Shown piece after piece: positions 26,157 through 29,737 of a stretch of DNA of 29,737 bases (position 1 is its first letter; every line of letters starts with the position of its first letter). A program made the translations under genes and the position numbers. The DNA is from Acetobacterales bacterium (GTDB lineage Bacteria; Pseudomonadota; Alphaproteobacteria; Acetobacterales; Acetobacteraceae): the NCBI GenBank assembly GCA_964201575.1, contig CAXNGD010000001.1, positions 1-29,737 of the forward strand. The letters run 5' to 3'. Below the pieces are notes generated by a model. The model was not told where the DNA came from and made no database searches. It saw only the letters and a program-made list of their open reading frames with translations.

Positions 26157-26980
26157 CCGAGAATGTCGAGGCCTGGTCCGGCAAGTCGCGCGGTGACGAG
26201 AACTTCCCGGTCGGCTCGGCGCTGATCAGTGCCCGGCTGCGCCCGCACGTCCACGCCTACTACGCCTTCGCCCGCAACGCCGATGACATCGCCGACAGCC
26301 CGGAGTTGGCGCCCGGCGACAAAATCTGGCGCCTTGATGTGATGGAAGCGGTCCTGCTCGGCGCCAGCGATGCCGGCAGCCCCAGTGCCTTGGGCCTGCG
26401 TGCCAGCCTCGGCGAATGCGGGGTGACGCCCCGCCACGCCACCGACCTGCTGATCGCTTTTCGTCAGGACGCCACAAAAACGCGCTACGCGACCTGGAGC
26501 GAACTGCTCGACTATTGCCGCCATTCCGCCGTGCCGGTGGGCCGCCACGTGCTCGCGTTGCATGACGAGTCCGAGGACACCTTCCCGGCATCGGATGCGG
26601 TGTGCGCCGCGTTGCAGGTGCTGAACCATCTCCAGGACATCCAGAAGGACCTGCTCCAGCTCGACCGCTGTTACCTGCCGCAGGACTTGATGGAGCGCTG
26701 CGGCACCGGGATCGATGACATCGCCCGCCCGGCCGCCACGCCCGGCATGCGGCGGGTCATCGATGCCCTGCTGGACGAATGCGATGCGCTCAACTGTGCC
26801 GGGCGCGCACTGCCACCCGGTGTGCATGACCGCCGCCTGCGCCTGGAAACCGCGGTGATCGTTGGCCTGGCCGAACGCCTCACGGCCCGGCTGCGTCGCC
26901 AGGACCCGATCGCCCGGCGGGTGAAGCTCAGCAAAGCCGATGCCATGGGAGCGCTGCTTGCGGCGCTGCGCTACTGGTGA
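26153..26980 (+). CDS. hpnC: Hydroxysqualene synthase HpnC
   Basis: ENFPVGS, ARNADDIAD, AFRQD, YCRHSAVPVG, LQVLNHLQD, DRCYLP. Confidence 0.93.
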   Translation: MTENVEAWSGKSRGDENFPVGSALISARLRPHVHAYYAFARNADDIADSPELAPGDKIWRLDVMEAVLLGASDAGSPSALGLRASLGECGVTPRHATDLLIAFRQDATKTRYATWSELLDYCRHSAVPVGRHVLALHDESEDTFPASDAVCAALQVLNHLQDIQKDLLQLDRCYLPQDLMERCGTGIDDIARPAATPGMRRVIDALLDECDALNCAGRALPPGVHDRRLRLETAVIVGLAERLTARLRRQDPIARRVKLSKADAMGALLAALRYW

Positions 26981-27816
26981 GCCCCACGTCCGACATCGCC
27001 GAGGTCGAAGCCATCGTCTGCGCCGCCGGCACCAGCTTCTACCGCGGCATGGCCATCCTGCCACCGCCGCGACGCCAGGCGATGTACGCGATCTACGCCT
27101 TTTGCCGCATCGTCGACGACATTGCCGACGAGGACTCACCGTTCGAAACCCGCAAGCCCCGGCTCGATCAATGGCGCGTCCGCGTAGCGGCACTGTATGC
27201 CGGCCACGCCGAAGACCCCGTTACCCGCGAACTGCTGCGCGCGATCCATGCCTATGGCCTGCGCCAGGATGATTTCATCGCGGTGATCGATGGCATGGCG
27301 ATGGACGCCGAGACCCCTGTCGTGGCGCCGGACGGAGCCACGCTGGATCTGTACTGCGACCGCGTAGCCGCTGCCGTTGGCCGCCTGTCGGTGCGCGCCT
27401 TCGGCGATGCCTCGGCGCATGCCGATCAGGTCGCCCACCATCTGGGCCGCGCCTTGCAATTGACCAACATTCTCCGGGATATCCACGAGGACGCAGGGCG
27501 GGACCGGCTCTATCTGCCGCGCGAGCTGCTGGATCTCCAGGGCATCCCGCATGACCCAAGGGCTGCGCTAACCCATCCGATGCTGCCCCGCGTCTGCGAC
27601 ATCCTCGCCGCCCGCGCTCATGCCCATTTCCGCGACGCCGCCGCCTGGATGGCCAAATGCGACCGCCGGGCCATGAAGCCGGCGCGCCTGATGGGCGCCA
27701 CCTATGCCGCACTTCTGTCCCGACTCGAGGCGCGCGGCTGGCAGCGCCTGGACCAGCCGGTCAAGCTCTCCAAATGGGCCAAGCTGCGCATCGCCGCCCG
27801 CCACTTGCTGTTCTAG
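26977..27816 (+). CDS. hpnD: Presqualene diphosphate synthase HpnD
   Basis: GTSFYRGM, YAFCRIVDDIAD, DGMAMD, YCDRVAAAVG, ALQLTNILRDIHEDA, RLYLP. Confidence 0.93.
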   Translation: MSPTSDIAEVEAIVCAAGTSFYRGMAILPPPRRQAMYAIYAFCRIVDDIADEDSPFETRKPRLDQWRVRVAALYAGHAEDPVTRELLRAIHAYGLRQDDFIAVIDGMAMDAETPVVAPDGATLDLYCDRVAAAVGRLSVRAFGDASAHADQVAHHLGRALQLTNILRDIHEDAGRDRLYLPRELLDLQGIPHDPRAALTHPMLPRVCDILAARAHAHFRDAAAWMAKCDRRAMKPARLMGATYAALLSRLEARGWQRLDQPVKLSKWAKLRIAARHLLF

Positions 27817-27819
27817 GCA

Positions 27820-29073
27820 ATGGCGCACGCCCACATCATCGGCAGTGGCCTGGCCGGGCTGTCGGCCGCCGTGGCGCTGACCAAGGCGGGGCACCGCGTC
27901 ACGCTGTATGAAGCTGGGCCGGCCGCCGGCGGTCGCTGCCGGTCATATCTTGACCGCGAGCTCGGCTGCCGGATCGACAACGGCAACCATCTCCTGCTGT
28001 CCGGCAACCGCGCGGCGCTGGATTTCCTCGCCACCATCGGCGCCGCGGACACAATGAGCGGGCCTGCCGTAGCGCTGTTTCCCTTCATGGACCTCGCAAC
28101 CGGCGAGCGCTGGACCGTCGCCCCCAACATGGGCCGAATCCCGTGGTGGATTTTCTCGGCCCAGCGTTCCGTTGCGGGCGCGCGCCTGTCCGAATTCGTG
28201 GCGTTGCTGAAGCTGAAATTCGCCCGTGGCGACCAGACCGTCGCGGAAACCCTCGGGGCCGCCGGCACACTGTATCGCCGGCTGTTGGAACCCCTGGCCA
28301 TCGCCGCCCTGAACACCATGCCGGATGTGGCGCTGGCCCGGCTGCTGGGCGCGGTGGTGGATGAAACCCTGGCGCAGGGCGGTGCCGCGTGTCTTCCCCT
28401 GGTTCCCCGCGAAGGCCTGTCGGAAAGTTTCATCGATCCCGCTCTGGCCTGGCTCAACGCCCGCGGCGGCAGGTTGCACACCGGCCGGCGCGTAGCCGGG
28501 TTGCGCGACGATGCCGGTGCGGTCCAGGAACTCCTGACCACCGACGGTCCCGCCGTCATCGCACCGGGGGATGCGGTTGTGCTGGCCGTGCCGCCCTGGG
28601 TTGCTCCCACGCTCGTCCCTGGCCTGGTCGCCCCTGACGCCTTCGAGGCCATCGTGAATGTGCATTTCCGCATCGCGGCCGATCCGGGCCCGGCGGGGTT
28701 TGTCGGGCTGGTCGGCGGCCTGGTGGAATGGGTGTTCGTCAAACCCGGCATCGTCTCCACCACCACCAGTGCGGCCAACCGGGTTGTCGACCTTCCCGCA
28801 GACACGCTGGCGGCCCGTGCCTGGGCCGAGACCGCGCGTGCGCTGTCCCTTGCCGGCCCAATGCCGCCCTGGCGCGTGGTCAAGGAGAAGCGCGCCACCT
28901 TTGCCGCCACCGCGGCCCAGGAACGGCGCCGCCCGGCCGCGCGCACCCGCCTGCGCAACCTGGCCTTGGCCGGTGACTGGACGGCCACCGGCCTGCCCGC
29001 GACCATCGAGGGCGCCATCCGCTCGGGCGTCGCAGCCGCCAACACGCTTTTCGATGACGTCGGCATGGGCTAG
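27820..29073 (+). CDS. hpnE: Hydroxysqualene dehydroxylase HpnE (FAD-dependent)
   Basis: IIGSGLAGLSAA, GGRCRS, IDNGNHLLLSGN, KEKRATF, LAGDWTATGLPATIEGAIRSG. Confidence 0.93.
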   Translation: MAHAHIIGSGLAGLSAAVALTKAGHRVTLYEAGPAAGGRCRSYLDRELGCRIDNGNHLLLSGNRAALDFLATIGAADTMSGPAVALFPFMDLATGERWTVAPNMGRIPWWIFSAQRSVAGARLSEFVALLKLKFARGDQTVAETLGAAGTLYRRLLEPLAIAALNTMPDVALARLLGAVVDETLAQGGAACLPLVPREGLSESFIDPALAWLNARGGRLHTGRRVAGLRDDAGAVQELLTTDGPAVIAPGDAVVLAVPPWVAPTLVPGLVAPDAFEAIVNVHFRIAADPGPAGFVGLVGGLVEWVFVKPGIVSTTTSAANRVVDLPADTLAARAWAETARALSLAGPMPPWRVVKEKRATFAATAAQERRRPAARTRLRNLALAGDWTATGLPATIEGAIRSGVAAANTLFDDVGMG

Positions 29074-29082
29074 ATCGCGACG

Positions 29083-29737
29083 ATGGACACCATGGCTCCC
29101 ACCCAGCTCGACGACGCCGTCGCACGAGCCCAGGCGCGATTGCTGCGCGAGCAGAAGCCCGACGGCCACTTCGTCTTCGAGCTGGAAGCCGACGCCACCA
29201 TCCCGGCCGAGTTCGTGCTGCTGACGCATTTCCTGGATCGGCCAGACGCACCGCTTGAACAGGCCATCGGCACCTATCTGCGCCGCATCCAAGGTGCCCA
29301 TGGCGGCTGGCCGCTGTTCCATGACGGCAAATTCGACATCTCCGCCTCGGTGAAAGCCTATTTCGCGCTGAAGATGATCGGCGACGACCCGGACGCCCCG
29401 CACATGGCCCGCGCCCGCGAAGCAATCCTGGCCGCCGGCGGCGCCGCCGGCGCCAATGTCTTCACCCGGGCGCAACTGGCGCTGTTCGGCGAGGTGCCCT
29501 GGCGCGCCGTGCCGGTGATGCCGGTCGAGATCATGCTGCTGCCGCGTTGGTTCCCCTTCCACCTGGACCGCGTCAGCTACTGGTCGCGCACCGTCATCGT
29601 CCCGCTGCTGGTGCTGATGGCGCTGCGGCCCCGGGCGCGCAACCAGCGCGGCATCGATGTCCAGGAGCTGTTCACCACCCCGCCGCCGCAGGTGCGCAAC
29701 TGGATCACCGGTCCCTTCCGCTCCGGCTGGGGCCATG
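29083..29737 (+). CDS. shc: Squalene-hopene cyclase (5' part; runs off the window)
   Basis: My translation from ATG 29083 gives ...EQKPDGHFVFELEADATIPAEF...GGWPLFHDGKFDISASVKAYFALK...ANVFTRAQLALFG...PVMPVEIMLLP...SYWSRTVIVPL. Absent from the ORF track because no stop lies in the window. Confidence 0.95.
   Translation, partial: MDTMAPTQLDDAVARAQARLLREQKPDGHFVFELEADATIPAEFVLLTHFLDRPDAPLEQAIGTYLRRIQGAHGGWPLFHDGKFDISASVKAYFALKMIGDDPDAPHMARAREAILAAGGAAGANVFTRAQLALFGEVPWRAVPVMPVEIMLLPRWFPFHLDRVSYWSRTVIVPLLVLMALRPRARNQRGIDVQELFTTPPPQVRNWITGPFRSGWGH

Overview
A GC-rich alphaproteobacterial chromosomal segment, probably Acetobacteraceae-like (inferred from gene content and order, not proven). The left part is housekeeping: a small lipoprotein gene and SAM methyltransferase divergent from gloB, then ftsK, a nitronate-monooxygenase-family flavoprotein, aspartate kinase, an orphan ORF, ubiG, an EEP-family nuclease/phosphatase and secA. 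A translationally coupled TauD-family dioxygenase + FkbM methyltransferase pair follows. Next is a six-gene minus-strand operon for an Ehr-type (energy-converting-hydrogenase-related) membrane complex, then an NPP-family phosphodiesterase, a lipoprotein esterase and the canonical hopanoid cluster hpnABCDE-shc (shc runs off the right edge). The most interesting signals are four. (1) The Ehr operon is intact and coupled and keeps its Fe-S small subunit, but lacks the Ni-Fe ligands. It also appears to have lost almost all charged proton-pathway residues in its antiporter-like and NuoH-like subunits while keeping scaffold motifs. (2) An AT-rich, multi-hairpin intergenic repeat occurs three times, always right after a stop codon, with a compensatory base-pair change between copies. 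(3) A probable IS30-family element at the left edge is inserted exactly at the foot of one of those hairpins. (4) A ~300-bp nested inverted-repeat element flanked by 22-bp direct repeats lies upstream of the Ehr operon. Family consensus motifs quoted are recalled from knowledge and were not checked by alignment. No rRNA, tRNA or CRISPR array was seen.
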